The notes under the pieces: generated by a model
What the model was told of the DNA's origin: nothing
The model's input: only the letters and a program-made list of their open reading frames with translations
The model's database searches: none
Shown here: one piece after another, positions 39,379 to 52,044 of the stretch
Numbering within the stretch: the stretch's first letter is position 1
Layout of the letters: each line of letters starts with the position of its first letter
DNA from: Podarcis tiliguerta
Lineage: Eukaryota
Length of the DNA stretch: 64,000 nucleotides
Assembly: GCA_965153285.1 (NCBI GenBank)
Contig: OZ229112.1
Strand: one strand, 5' to 3'
Program-made: the position numbers and the translations under genes

Positions 39379-41984
39379 TATAACAAAAGTGCTGGTTGTC
39401 TTCTGAGTTTTGCTCAGTTAGCTTCTACTCAGCATCCGAAATCTCATCAGGTCTTTGAGCTGACCCACCCATTGTGGCTGTTATGAGGCCTCTGGTTGCC
39501 CCAGAATTTCTAAACCCATTCATGTATGGATGGAGCACTGCATTGTTGGCATGATTCTTTCACACCAGTACGAATCCTTTTTTGACTAATTGCAATGCGG
39601 TGTTCCACATGAACAGCTAACTGACCTCTGCAGGGCATTCATAACTTGTAGTCATGTTAACTTTGTCAACACTTGCATTCTGAGTTTTATTTCTGAAGTG
39701 TTTGTGGTCTCTCCATCTGACAGTAGAACAAATGTAGATGCCTCTGGAAGGAAGTAGGAAGAGCTATTACTAAGTATAGATATTAGGTACTCTTGAGTCC
39801 TTAGGATAAAATAGTCTATATATTTTAATAACTACTGTATATCTGGTATTCTGTGCCATTCTTGCTGGGGGAGATTTTGGCCATTTTGGTGAAATAAGGA
39901 ATCCATTTAATAGTGTGGATAATGTTCAATATGACATCTTTATCCTATCTCTTCATAGATTCCCCATTGAATTTGGGAGCTGTAATCAAAGGTTTTTGTG
40001 CTGGTACTCTTAAAGCAATGGCAACAAATAATCTTCAGCTATCAAAAAATCCGTCTCTTTTCAATTATTATCTCCTTCAGTAGCCACAACAGCTATCGTC
40101 CTCTGGAATAGTTAAATGTCAACCAGTATAAAGGTTTCTGAGAACAAAGGAGTGGACATTGACAGAAAGCTGGATTGAGACAAGGCAGTGAGATGGGAAA
40201 CATTACAGACCTCTCTATAGAGGGCAAAACTAATTCATTTAGCTTAATTTCCTGCCAGTAATTTCTCCCACACAAAGGCAAGCAAAACTCCCTGTCTCAA
40301 ACACCTCTGAAAACTGAACACGTTTTTCCTCCAGGAAATGAGGAAAATAATGATTATGGCATATTGGGGGGAAACTCATTGAGGTGGTCAAATAATTAGC
40401 TGGAGACTATAAATGCATCTAAGTGGGAAACTGGACTCTTCATGAAAGGCACAAATTGTGATGGTGTCTTGGATACAATTGGTCTATTGTGGTATGAGCT
40501 CTTGCAGACTACTGAAATGGGGTACTGGAACCTTTTGAGTCCAGTTCTTAGGTATGAACTTATCTGTTAAGACAAGATCTTATTCATTGGCGTTAACCTT
40601 CCGTGTTAGAAAAGGGCTCATACTACATGCCTATCCTGGTAGCTGTTGTAAGGTTTAATGTAATGATGTATTTGAAGTTACTGCACAATGGAAAAAGCTA
40701 TATAAATGCACTAATTGCACAACTATCTACATGTTTATTCCGAGGTAAGTTCCACTTTGCTAAGTGGGACTGGCTTGGTTTACTGTAAATGTGCATAAGA
40801 TTGCAGCTTTAGATGTATTCAATCCTGTAATTTCATGCTCTTTTCAATGGAAATTTTTCAAATAAATGTACTTAGAGTCACAACCTTAGATTGAAGGGTC
40901 TTGCTGAAATTTTATATTAGCATGGTAAATTGCAGGGATGTCATAACAGAATAGAATACATTTGTGCTTATGTTTAATGCATTTTATTGTAATTTAATTT
41001 ATTGTTTTATCTATAATTTTACTTGTACTCCGCTTGGAAAGCCTTTTTATTGTGGTTTATAATTTTTTCAAATAAATGAATTTTTGCATATAAAAATGTA
41101 TTTCATCTTTCTGCCAATGTGCATTTTTAAACCTATATCTTCTAACAGTGTAATCGTCTGCATGTCTATTAAGAAGTAAGTTCTACTGGGTTCAACTGGA
41201 CTTACTCCCAAAAAAACTACAATATGATTGAGGATCTAGTAGGCAAATGCTGCAAAGTTTCAAGGGCACAGTAGATAATAAAATGAAGACATTAATTCAA
41301 ATAAAATATAATTTTATCAGTAGATAAACTGTAAACCTTATCAATTGTTTCTCTCCAGGAAAGCTACTGTGAATGAACCTTCTGCTGTCCTGAAACCACA
41401 TTTTAAAAAACATTTTGTTAACTCTTTATGAAGGTTTTTCTGGGCTAGTGATGGATCCTGGAAGGCTTCCTTGGGCTAAGTATACAATATACATTAAAAA
41501 CACATCACTTCTTCAAAGAATCCTGGGAACACAAGCTTATCTTTCCAAGAGCTACAATTCCCAACAACCTTAACAAAATATGGTACCCAGGATTTTGGGG
41601 GGAAGAAAATGTGCTTTAAATTTATGGTGTGTACGCATCCCACATCCCACACCTTTCCACTGCACCTGGGGTTAGACTTACTAAAAACAGCTAAAGCAGG
41701 GAAAGACTTTAGAAGTATATCCCAGCCACTATTTTAGAACCACAGAATGGAATATATTTTTAAGGTAGGGACTTGGATATTTTCCTAGGTAACATTGTCA
41801 TGAAGTGTCCTCATTTCCATTTTCCAGGTAAGCAGGAAACAGCAATAATTGTCATCCATAAAAAGTAGCGGAGGAAGAGATCTGTCAGTGGTTGGCTGTA
41901 TTTTGCTTAAACTGCAAATGTGTAGGAAGAAGGCTGCTTCCTAAATACAAAAAAAACCCCACAACCTATCATCAGGATGCATCA

Positions 41985-42430
41985 AGAGCATAAGAAGATC
42001 CTTCCTAGATAAAGCCAAAAGTAGTCTAGTTCCTCATCCTGTTCGCTCAGTGGTAAACCAGATGGGAGAGGAAATCACACGAGCAGGACATGTGTGCAAT
42101 AGCCCTCTCTATAGCAATAGGGATACGCAGACATATCACCACAGATATCGGAGAAAATGTATACATTGCCATCATGACTAGTATTTGCCGATAGTTTTGT
42201 CCTCCCAAGGTGGGGGGGATTTTATTTTATTTACTGTCAAGTGGTATATAGGTTTTATGAAATAAATAAAAAATACCTTTTGAATCTCCTAGATTGGTGG
42301 CCATCAGTGTATCTTGTGTAGCAAATTCCATAGTTCAACTGGTATATGGAGAACTCGCTGAATCTTCCCACATTCAGCTTTGTTAGATATCCCTGGATTT
42401 TAGTATTTTGAGAGGGAATATTTTTCTCTA
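41985..42430 (-). mobile_element. CR1/L3 3' end, decayed (related pieces at 45920-46255, 37540-37600, 4190-4290)
   Basis: CATAAGAAGA...GGCCAATGGCCCATCTAGT...CATCCTGTTC.CAGTGG-like terminus. Confidence 0.55.
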
Positions 42431-42469
42431 TCAAAACATGCTCTCCTTATCCATTTCCAAACTAACATA

Positions 42470-42692
42470 CAGTGGTACCTCGGGTTACAGACGCTTCAGG
42501 TTACAGACTCCGCTAACCCAGAAATAGTTCCCCGGATTAAGAACTTTGCTTCAGGATGAGAACAGAAATCGTGCAGCAGCGCAGCGGCAGCAGGAGGCCC
42601 CATTAGCTAAAGTGGTGCTTCAGGTTAAGAATGGTTTCAGGTTAAGAACGGACCTCTGGAACAAATTAAGTTCTTAACCCAAGGTACCACTG
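42470..42692 (-). mobile_element. Tigger/pogo-like MITE
   Basis: TIRs CAGTGGTACCT.GGGTTA, TA TSD. Confidence 0.92.
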
Positions 42693-42729
42693 TATTTCAT
42701 CCCATTGCGATGTGCAGTGGAATCCCTGC

Positions 42730-42900
42730 TGGCAATTCTGCCATCCTGTGAATTTCTGCAGTGTGAGAGATTTTTCTCTATGGCGGCCCTCAAGCTGTGA
42801 AATGCTCCCCTGTCCAAGGTGTGCCTGCCTTCTTCATTGTATACCCTTTATGTTAGGTCAAGAGGCCCCTTTTTCCCCACAGGCCTTTGGGGTAGAGAAT
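42730..42900 (+). mobile_element. L2 LINE 3' fragment (its tail seems to resume near 43690-43770)
   Basis: Decayed FS.AA.KL(W)NA.P...AF motif typical of the end of L2 ORF2. Confidence 0.5.
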
Positions 42901-42964
42901 AAGATCAGAAGATATCTCCCACTGTAGAATTATTGCCGTTTCTGACGGATTCTGGTTTGATTTA

Positions 42965-43316
42965 GCACTGTGGGTAAAAGCCTCAGCGCCTAGGGCTTGC
43001 CGATTGAAAGGTCAGCGGTTCGAATCCCCGCGGCGGGGTACGCTCCCGTCGTTCGGTCCCAGCGCCTGCCAACCTAGCAATTCGAAAGCACTCCCGGGTG
43101 CAAGTAGATAAATAGGGACCGCTTACTAGCGGGAAGGTAAATGGCGTTCCGTGTGCTGCGCTGGCTTGCCAGATGCAGCTTGTCACGCTGGCCACGTGAT
43201 CCGGAAGTGTCTGCGGACAGCGCTGGCCCCTGGCCTCTTGAGTGAGATGGGCGCACAACCCTAGAGTCTGTCAAGACTGGCCCCTACGGGCAGGGGTACC
43301 TTTACCTTTACCTTTA
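42965..43316 (+). mobile_element. Sauria SINE, nearly full length
   Basis: Same core and tail as the 13479 and 49159 copies; CpG-rich, so probably young. Confidence 0.93.
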
Positions 43317-43680
43317 AGTCCCAGCAAAGGAAGAATGGATGCAAAACATTACGGAATATGCAGAAATGGTGAAACTTACCAGAAGAATAAGAAATCGAGA
43401 TAACAAACTTTTTATGAAAGATTGGAAATGGCTTATTGAATATTTACAGATAAATTGTAAACAGATAAGAACATTGGCAGAATTATTGTAATAACCTGCA
43501 GTTTTATTTAACGTAGATAATACATGAGCAAATTAAGTTAATTTGGATATGCAGAAGATATTAAAAATAAATTTAAGGAACTGCAGAAAGAGGGGGAAGG
43601 AAGTCAAGCTTTGAAATGTTAAAATGATTGTAAAATTAGTGAAATCTATAAACCTGAAAAACATATTTTTTTTCAAAAAA
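43317..43680 (+). mobile_element. L1-clade LINE 3' end fragment
   Basis: VPAKEEWMQNITEYAEMVKLTRRIRNRDNKLFMKDWKWLIEYL resembles a squamate L1 ORF2 C-terminus; A-rich 3' UTR and tail. Confidence 0.75.
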
Positions 43681-43819
43681 AATTTTAATACGGACTAGTA
43701 ATGTTTTATGTATTTAATGGTTTACTTGAATTGAGCCAGAATCACATGGTGAAGGGCAGGCTAAAAATGCATATCAAGAATCAAAGTCCCAAGCGCTGTA
43801 ACCTTTACTTTTCCTTATA

Positions 43820-44240
43820 GGGGAATAGTGCAGCCTCATTATCATTTTGGATGCCCTTTTCTTAACCTTTTCCAGCTCAACAATATTCTTTTTGAGCTGA
43901 GGAGACCAAAGCTTGAACACAGTATTCCAAATGTTGCTCATGCCATAGATTTTTATAACTGCATTATGATATCACACTTTCATCTCCAACCCCTTTCCTA
44001 ACGATCCCTAAAACAATTTCCCTTTTTCACGGCTGTCGCACTCTGGGTCGTCATTTCCATTTATCTGCCTGCTGTGACTCCCAAGAGCTGCTTCCCACTT
44101 GGTCCCTGCCAGTTCAGATCCGATAAGTTAGATTGTTTTTGCCCCTGTGTGCATCATTTCACATGTGCTAAATTGAATTACACTTGCCATTTTAATGCCC
44201 ATTCACACAGTTCAGAGTGAACCTTTTGAAGCTCCTCACA
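43820..44240 (-). mobile_element. CR1 LINE RT-downstream fragment
   Basis: Minus strand reads decayed LYK....HLEYCVQ.WSP.LKK.I..LEKV..RA. Confidence 0.75.
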
Positions 44241-44957
44241 TTCCCCTTTCTGTTCTTGCCACTTGGGCTGATGAGCTTATGAAGACCAATAAACATCAAG
44301 ACGTTTCCTACAGTCCTTGCTAAATGTAGGACTCTGGCCTAATCTCTCATATAATGCATATTTCAAAAAACGGAATAGGTGTGCAACGTGTCAGATGCTA
44401 TTTCACATCAAATCCCATTCATTTCAATGGAGCTTTCACAGGAATTGGATGGTAGATTGCACCCTACATATTCCAGACAATTCCAGTTAATTACACCTCA
44501 CTCAGAGAGTCTTCTGCTTAATTTGATCACCAGTTAATTAGATTGTCTTATTTGATCAGGTCTCTAGTAACCAAATAATTTGCATTCACCTGGTGAGGCT
44601 GTCTTTCTTTTAATTGCTTTCTGGTATTGAAAACTTTGCTGTTGGATCAGTTTAGGGCTATATTAGAAACATAGTACATAATTTACAATTTATCAGCTTT
44701 AATGTAAGATGAACGGATTATGGATCTTACGCAGAACCATGTTTAATGGTGCCTCTTTCTCCTGCTTTAAATGCTGTGTTTTCCCTGAGCTGAGAAGAGA
44801 GCCATATATAGACAGGCAAGCAAACCTTCTCAAATCCTGCTGCAGTGTGCAATTTTATTGTGTTCTTTGTGGCGTGCAGGATACCATTATTTTACATATC
44901 TCCACAAAATGTGAAGAATTAAGTTTATTAACTTATTTATTAACATAAATGTTTTAA

Positions 44958-45215
44958 TCCTGCCCACCTAGCAGTTCGAAAGCACCCCTAAGTGCAAGTA
45001 GATAAATAGGTACCGCTTACTAGCGGGAAGGTAAACGGCGTTTCCGTGTGCTGCGCTGGTGCTGGCTTGCCAGAGCAGCTTCGTCACACTGGCCACGTGA
45101 CCCGGAAGTGTCTCCGGACAGCGCTGGCGCCTGGCCTCTTGAGCGAGATGAGCGCGCAACCCTAGAGTCGGACACGACTGGCCCGTACGGGCAGGGGTAC
45201 CTTTACCTTTACCTT
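44958..45215 (+). mobile_element. Sauria SINE, 5'-truncated
   Basis: Core plus (ACCTTT)n tail; TSD TAAATGTTTTAA at 44946-44957 and 45216-45227. Confidence 0.93.
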
Positions 45216-45499
45216 TAAATGTTTTAAATAAATTAATTAACTGAAGCCAGGGGTATTTTCTCCCATTACTTGTGATTAAGACCCAGATACCACCTGCCAC
45301 CTTTTTGTGGGTGGGGTGGGAGGTTCGACTGTGTTGTACTGAGATGCAGTTTTGATATTGGCACCCCAGCTCAGTGCCTCTGACCTGCAGTTCAGGCAGT
45401 AAATCAGCAGCCATTGTTAAGGTTTTGGAACTTGAAGGCAGAGATTGCTTACATATATGGTGTCATGTAGTTGATGGACTATATTTTCTCTTGTTTCTG

Positions 45500-45742
45500 A
45501 TGATTGACCCAGAACCAGTTGGTTCAAATGAGAAGGAAACAGATTTAGACTGAACATTAGGGGAAGCATCCTCCCAATGTGAGCTGTTTTGACAGTGGAA
45601 CAGACTGCCTGGGAAGGTGGTGGAATCCCCTTCATTGATGGTTTCCAAGCAGGGACGTTGTAGTGGTGGGGTTTTTGGTTTTTTGTTTTGCATCAGCAGG
45701 GAGTTGTACTAGACTGAGCTCCCAATCTAACGATTCTGTGTG
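45500..45742 (+). mobile_element. CR1 LINE 3' end
   Basis: RFRLNIRG..L....V..WNRLPGKVVESPSLMVSK motif followed by an ATTCTGTG terminus. Confidence 0.8.
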
Positions 45743-46349
45743 AAGCAGCTTGAATCAGAAGGGTTTTAAAGCCCATTACTAATGTGAATGCAAGACTTGG
45801 GATTGGCTGGGATGTGCATTTTATCATGGTTATTTTTCCCTAGAATTCTATTGCCCATTAACAGGATTCATCTAAGACTCCCACATATACAGGTTCATAA
45901 GTGCTCCTTAGAACCCTGGAACGTAAGTGCCTGTTGAATAAGGCCAATGGCCCATCTAGTTCTGCTTCCTGTCATCACAGTGGCCAACAAGATGCCTGTG
46001 GGAAACCCACAAGCAGGATCCAAGCGCAAGACCACACTCTCACTCTGTAGTGCTAAGCAACTGTTATTCAGAAGCACTGTTTCCTCAAACTATGGAGGCA
46101 GAGTATAGCCACCATGGCTCATAGTCATCGATAGCCTCCTGCAGCAATTTGTCTAATCTAATAAAGCCATCTAAGTTGATGGCCATCACTGTCTCCTGTG
46201 AAGCAAGTTCCACAGATAACTATGTGCTGTGTGAATAAGTGCTTTCTTTTATCTTTACACTCATCATATATGACTTAAATATATGAGCCACTTTAGCATC
46301 ATCCTGGAAACTTGTTGGGACGATCTATAGGTTAGCTAACTGTTGGGTT

Positions 46350-47249
46350 AGCACAGTCTTTAGCTGCCACCGGGGGGCAAAGATCCACCCAGTGCCCCCA
46401 AATTTAGTTTAGCCCCCAAATAATAAGATGTAAGAGAGTTAATTTCGCATGCACGGCGCTGTTGAGAATGACATGCTCCGTTGTTAAGTTTGACAAGAGC
46501 CACTGTTGTGAACGTATAAAGTCCCAGTTGTGATGTATGGAAGTGAGAGCTGGACCATAAAGAAGGCTGATCGCCAAATAATTGATGCTTTTGAATTATG
46601 GTGCTGGAGGAGACTCTTGAGAGTCCCATGGACTGCAAGAAGATTAAACCTATCCATTCTTAAGGAAATTAGCCCTGAGTGCTCACTGGAAGGACAGATC
46701 GTGAAGCTGAGGCTCCAATACTTTGGCCACCTCATGAGAAGAGAAGACTCCCTGGAAAAGACCCTGATGTTGGGAAAGATGGAGGGCACAAGGAGAAGGG
46801 GACGACAGAGGATGAGATGGTTGGACAGTGTTCTCGAAGCTACAAACATGAGCCTAACCAAACTGCGGGAGGCAGTGGAAGACAGGAATGCCTGGCGTGC
46901 TCTGGTCCATGGGGTCACGAAGAGTCGGACACGACTAAACAACAACAACTGTTGTGAATGACAAGCACCGGCGTTGAGTCAAGCACTGGCATTGTGAATG
47001 ACAAGCACCACTGCTGGCACAGTAAATGAGCGCACAAAGTCAAAAGTCCTTTAGTGAAACAGTAGGTATACATTTCGGCAATACCTAGGTATATATGTAT
47101 TTTGTTTTTCTAGCTTGATCAAAATTATTATTTCAAAACAGGTAAATAGTTAAGAGCTTAGGTGGCTTCAGCGGTGGGCGCCTGGCTCCCCCAAGAATTT
47201 GGGTCCAGGTGCCCCACACCCCTTGCACCCCTGGGTAAAGATGGCCCTG
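46350..47249. mobile_element. Probable non-autonomous hAT-like element hosting the BovB insertion
   Basis: GC-rich subterminal motifs and 3' end GGTAAAGATGGCCCTG; internal degenerate repeats of about 21 bp (TGACAAGCACC...) on both sides of BovB. Confidence 0.4.
46513..46947 (+). mobile_element. BovB (RTE clade) LINE, 5'-truncated 3' end
   Basis: Open frame MYGSESWTIKKADRQIIDAFELWCWRRLLRVPWTARR...LKLQYFGHLMRR-type...WRALVHGVTKSRTRL; (AAC)n tail; TSD ACTGTTGTGAA at 46502-46512 and 46948-46958. Confidence 0.96.
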
Positions 47250-48949
47250 GGTTTATATTTTGCTGCTGTCCTTTTTTCTCCCCTCCAACGGCATTTCTAA
47301 AGTATTGCAAACTGGCATTGGTTTCATATTGATTTACGTGTTGCGGCTTTCCTCCAAAATACAGAGAATGGTAGGTTGGGGAGAAGGCTAAAAAATCCCC
47401 CCCCCCCCCCGTTCTCTTAGCACCCTTGCAGAAGGACCAGGGATCCAACAGGAACTCTTAAACCCATTTAAGACTGTAAAGCCAATGGATACAGTTTTGC
47501 AGTTAACAGTTGTTGGGTGGACAGGAAATACCCTGATCACACACTGAAGTGTTATACATGCCAAAGCAATGTACACATGACTGAGTTTAATAACTTCAGG
47601 AATTGTGGCGGTGTTAAGTAGTGCCATGCCTGATTGGAGCAGTTACAACGTTTTGCATCAGTATGACAGCAGTGGAAGATGCCGAAAGAGATTGCAATGT
47701 TGCCAAAAGGGCATACTCCTCACTTTAGCACTAGATTACATGCGCAAGAAACCATATTTTGAGCACTCTATATAGCATAGGTTATCTAATAGTTAATCCA
47801 GCCCGAAGGGATGGATGTCCAAGAATATTGCAGTAAAGGTCAGGATTTAAGTGAGCTGTGCATTATATTAAAAAATCAAAAACACAGTTGAGATTTCAGG
47901 TATCTCATTTTTTATTGGATTTTGACTATGATCTTATCTGTGATGTAAAGTTCAAGGTTTTCACTTCCAAGTGGGAGAGGGAGAGAGTGGGTGTGAGAGA
48001 GAAAATAACCGATACAATAGAGTGGGATTTATACATCAATATATATATATGCATAAAGGAAAATATAAAAGAAACAATTGCTTGGGGAAATAAGCCCCCT
48101 ACCTGAGGCTTGAGCAAGACTTCAGAAAAGTTATATATCTTACTAACTCCAGACTGCCTATGCTTTTGTAAAATAATAAAACAATCAAAATTTAAGGATT
48201 CTCTGAACTCTTCATAACATCTGTTCCCGACCCACGCATTCAATAAATAATAGACCTTCATTGTGTAATTGTTAGTTTGATTAGGGGAGAAAAAGCCCAG
48301 GCTGAGTCAAATAATTGAAATAAGGCTTCTAAGGGTACTATTAAAGGTTGAGTTTTTAATTGAATCTTTTGTTTTCTAGCAAATCAGTTTGCTTGTTTAA
48401 ATAATGAAAGTTTCCCAAAATTAATTAGATATTGGAATATCTATTTAGATGTATCAAGGCATCTCTTAATACCTACTGTCCTTAATTTGTGATGCAATTA
48501 TCAAAGTGCTATTTTATATTAAAATTAAAAGCAGAGGAAAATTATAATTATAATAAACTACTTTTACACTTGTTATCTCCACTGACTTCAATTCATTTGC
48601 TTCCTGTATAATGCAAGGCTAGAAAAGGGAAGGGGGAAGCAATTAAATAGAAGAGGGAGGTAAAACAGCCCATTCTCATTCCCAGCATTTTCTGGACATT
48701 AAGGTTATAAACACTTGTGTTACTTGAAGTAGACCCAGTGAAATGAATGGATTCAAGTTAGTCATGGTCATTAATTTCAGTCGGTTACTCTGAGTATGAC
48801 TAATGTTGGGTACAAGCCATTGAATACATACTTCTGATTTTGAGAATATATGGGATTGCACTTTAAGAAGGGGGGAGGGGAGTTAACTCCTTGGGTCAAT
48901 AATGACTATCCTCCCCAAGCAGACCCTCTCAAAAGGATGCAGAAGCAAT

Positions 48950-49832
48950 CAGGGCTGGATTTAGGTTTATGAGGCCCTAAGCTACTGAAGGTAATGGGGC
49001 CCTTTATATGCCTAGCTGTCCTTTGCCAACAACAAATTGTCGCTGTTTTTGTGTTGAATATATGCTCTATGGTAATTTAGGGACCTAATAGGTATCTAAA
49101 GCCATTTGCACATGTTGCCATGCAACCAGTCCATGCAGAATGTAGGCACCCTATATATAGGTAAAGGTAAAGGTACCCCTGCCCGTACGGGCCAGTCTTG
49201 ACAGACTCTAGGGTTGTGCGCCCATCTCACTCAAAGAGGCCAAGGGCCAGCGCTGTCCGAAGACACTTCCGGGTCACGTGGCCAGCGTGACATCGCTGCT
49301 CTGGCGAGCCAGAGCCGCACACGGAAACGCCGTTTACCTTCCCGCTAGTAAGCGGTCCCTATTTATCTACTTGCACCCAGGGGTGCTTTCGAACTGCTAG
49401 GTTGGCAGGCGCTGGGACCGAACAGCGGGAGTGCACCCCGCCGCGGGGATTCGAACCGCCGACCTTTCAATAGGCAAGCCCTAGGCACTGAGGCTTTAAC
49501 CCACAGCGCCACCCGCGTCCCTTAATATATAGACATAATATATATGTCCCTATATATAGAACTGAGCAAACCAGTGATATTTTTGGGAGCAGGCTAGCAG
49601 GCGTGGCCCATTAACTTACATCATAGGAGCCTACACAACACAACACAACACAAAACACTGTTGCTACAACACAAAACACTGTTGCTGTATGTAGGTTTTA
49701 TTTTATTTGTTTTTTATCTTATATTATGGAAATGTACATCCAGTGTTTTTTCGCTTTAATTTTTTGGGGGGCCCCCAAGAGAGTGGGGCCCTAAGCTATA
49801 GCTTATTTAGCTTTTACGTAAATTTGGCACTG
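48950..49832. mobile_element. Non-autonomous hAT-like DNA transposon interrupted by a Sauria SINE
   Basis: Imperfect TIRs CAGGGCTGGATTTA / TAAATTTGGCACTG; subterminal GGCCCTAAGCTA motif at both ends; no clean 8-bp TSD. Confidence 0.65.
49159..49521 (-). mobile_element. Sauria SINE, full length, nested in a hAT-like element
   Basis: Reverse complement of the full SINE; CCCTATATATAG present on both sides. Confidence 0.95.
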
Positions 49833-50804
49833 GAATGATATAGCACCTATATAGGCTTCAATAGTGAAAGCAACCCCTCATTGTACACCATTTGACTATA
49901 AGCAGCATTTACTACACTCCTTCAAGGGAGCTCCAAACAGTCCTTTCAGACCAGGCTGTATACTGGAACCATTGGGATAGATGGGGGTATTAAAAACAGG
50001 TCAGAAAATAATGACTCCCAGCAGCTGGACAGAATTCTTTCTTCTTCTTTTTAAAGCATTGGTTAAAAAGTAATTTTGAAAATACACATTTGAAATCAAT
50101 TACATTCTGGAAGAGCTATATAACATCCTCTCTGGATGTCTTCAGTTTTTACTTCATTCTTTTGGAATTCCACTCAATAGAATAAAAATAATGGATCACC
50201 TTAGCAGCTGCAATTCAAGTGCCTCATATTGTTACCCCCCCCCCAAATGTCAGCAACTATAATGTGAAATGAAAGACATTTTCCGTTTTCTTTGAAGCAA
50301 TTTGTTTTCTTTTGTCCTTGGACATCCTGCAATTGTGGAAATGATGGCTCAGTTCCACAAGTAAATGGCAGTGGGATGATGTGATTAACAAGGGCGATTG
50401 AGTTCCTGATTAGACCTCTAAGGAATAACGGGCCACATTTAGGAAAAACATATTGAATTTTGAAATGTGGCATAGGCAGTGCTCTTAAGTACCTGTAAAT
50501 TTTAATTATTTTAATTAAAAATGGATAGGTACAGTTTCATAAAACTTGGTCATGAAAAGCTGAGTCACAGAATCTCATCCCTCCTCTCTCCACTCTGTTA
50601 GCAGCCTTTCCCTTCTTGAAATTATGCCCTCTCCTGACTGTCCTTATGGTTTTTTGTTTCTAGTTCTTTTTTCAGTTCTGTTGAACTATATCTTTTGGGA
50701 CACTTGGACTGTTGGGTGAAGCACTTGTCATTTTGATCCAGAACCATAATATAGAACGGCCTTTGTATACACACTTGGCGTTAACGGCCACTGAACTACG
50801 TAAC

Positions 50805-51545
50805 TGGGATTCGGTTGGCATCCATCTGTTTCAGGAGACAATAGAGGACTGAACCTTTTTGGGTGTACCATGGCATTTCTTCTTTCTGCACTCCTCTCCT
50901 CATTGGGATTTATTCAGAGTAAGCAATCATGAGCCCCACAGCGCTGTTGGGCTTGGGTTGGCAGTGACTGCACAGGAGCTTGGACAAGAGGGTGCAGTGT
51001 CATCTCCTAGAACCAGGCACCCTGCTTGCAGATGTGAACAGACCCACCCACCCCAATGTAGTGCATGCTTGAAACCATGATGCTCCTACAAGGCGAGAAA
51101 ATCTTGCAACTGAGCACACCATTCTGCATCTGCTTGGTGGGAGCAGCAGGGAAATGTGTTGGGACATCTTCATCGCTTTCACCCTCTTCTGAACTTCTTG
51201 CCCTGCTCCTGAACTCTTGAGTTGGGACTCCGGAGTGCTGTGTCTGCTTGCCTGAATAAAGGCCTCGTTCTTCCTGCAAGTGAGAGCCTCTGCCTGCGTT
51301 TATTGGGTGGCAGCCCAGACAGAAACAAGCCTCCAATCGTGCCACATGTCTTCTTCGCCTCACTGCATCACGTCATTTGCGTCTTACTTTTCCCACTCAA
51401 GAGATTTCCGTTACTGCATCTGAGAGGCTCTTGCCTGCAGAGAGGGAGCTACGCAGCGTCCAGCAATTTCTGGTATCTAGGAATGGGGGAGAAAATGGAT
51501 TCTGTTTGCATTTAAAGGCAAACCTCTCTGATCTGCAGCATACAA
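50805..51545 (-). mobile_element. Decayed RTE-like LINE 3' fragment
   Basis: Shares the 3' terminus (...ATTGTCTCCTGAAACAGATGGATGCCAAC) with the two short copies; upstream lies broken coding-like sequence with a possible zinc-finger remnant. Confidence 0.5.
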
Positions 51546-52002
51546 AACAATATGCAAACTGAAACACAGCAATCCTTTGGAAGGCACACTTCTCCAAATT
51601 TCGCAACCCAAGTAATGTGTGCAAAAATGAATAGACCAAAGTATGTGTTAACATGTATACATTCGTGCAAATAATATAGAAAAATGTGCTATGTCAGGGG
51701 AAATTACTTTTCAGAACTGTAGATTGGAGTGTGGTCGAGGTGGCCACACTCCAGCCATGACCCCCAGGTAATTCATGTTAATGTGAAATGAACCATTATT
51801 TGTCTTAGAAAACAAACAAACAACTTAAAGAAGTAGCCCAGGAATATTTAAGAAGGAGGGGGAGCATGTACCTTCAGGGCCAGATTTAGGGGTGCATGTC
51901 CCCAGTGAGTCCTTGGGTTCAGGGTTTTCTATCAGCTGCCTCTTCACCTGAAAGAAACAGTGCTGGAAAAACTGACTTGCATTGCTGTTGCATTAACATT
52001 CC

Positions 52003-52044
52003 TTGTTTGTTTGTTTGTTTGTTTGTTTGTTTGTTTGTTTGTTT
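52003..52044. repeat. (TTTG)n microsatellite
   Basis: Direct reading; (TG)n tracts also at 15053-15079 and 59365-59389. Confidence 0.95.

Noticed and set aside
46484-46948. 154-aa minus-strand ORF
   Set aside because: Antisense frame of the BovB fragment
46440-47040. Spaced short repeats superficially like a CRISPR array
   Set aside because: Eukaryotic DNA; degenerate tandem subrepeats of a transposon with no unique spacers or cas genes
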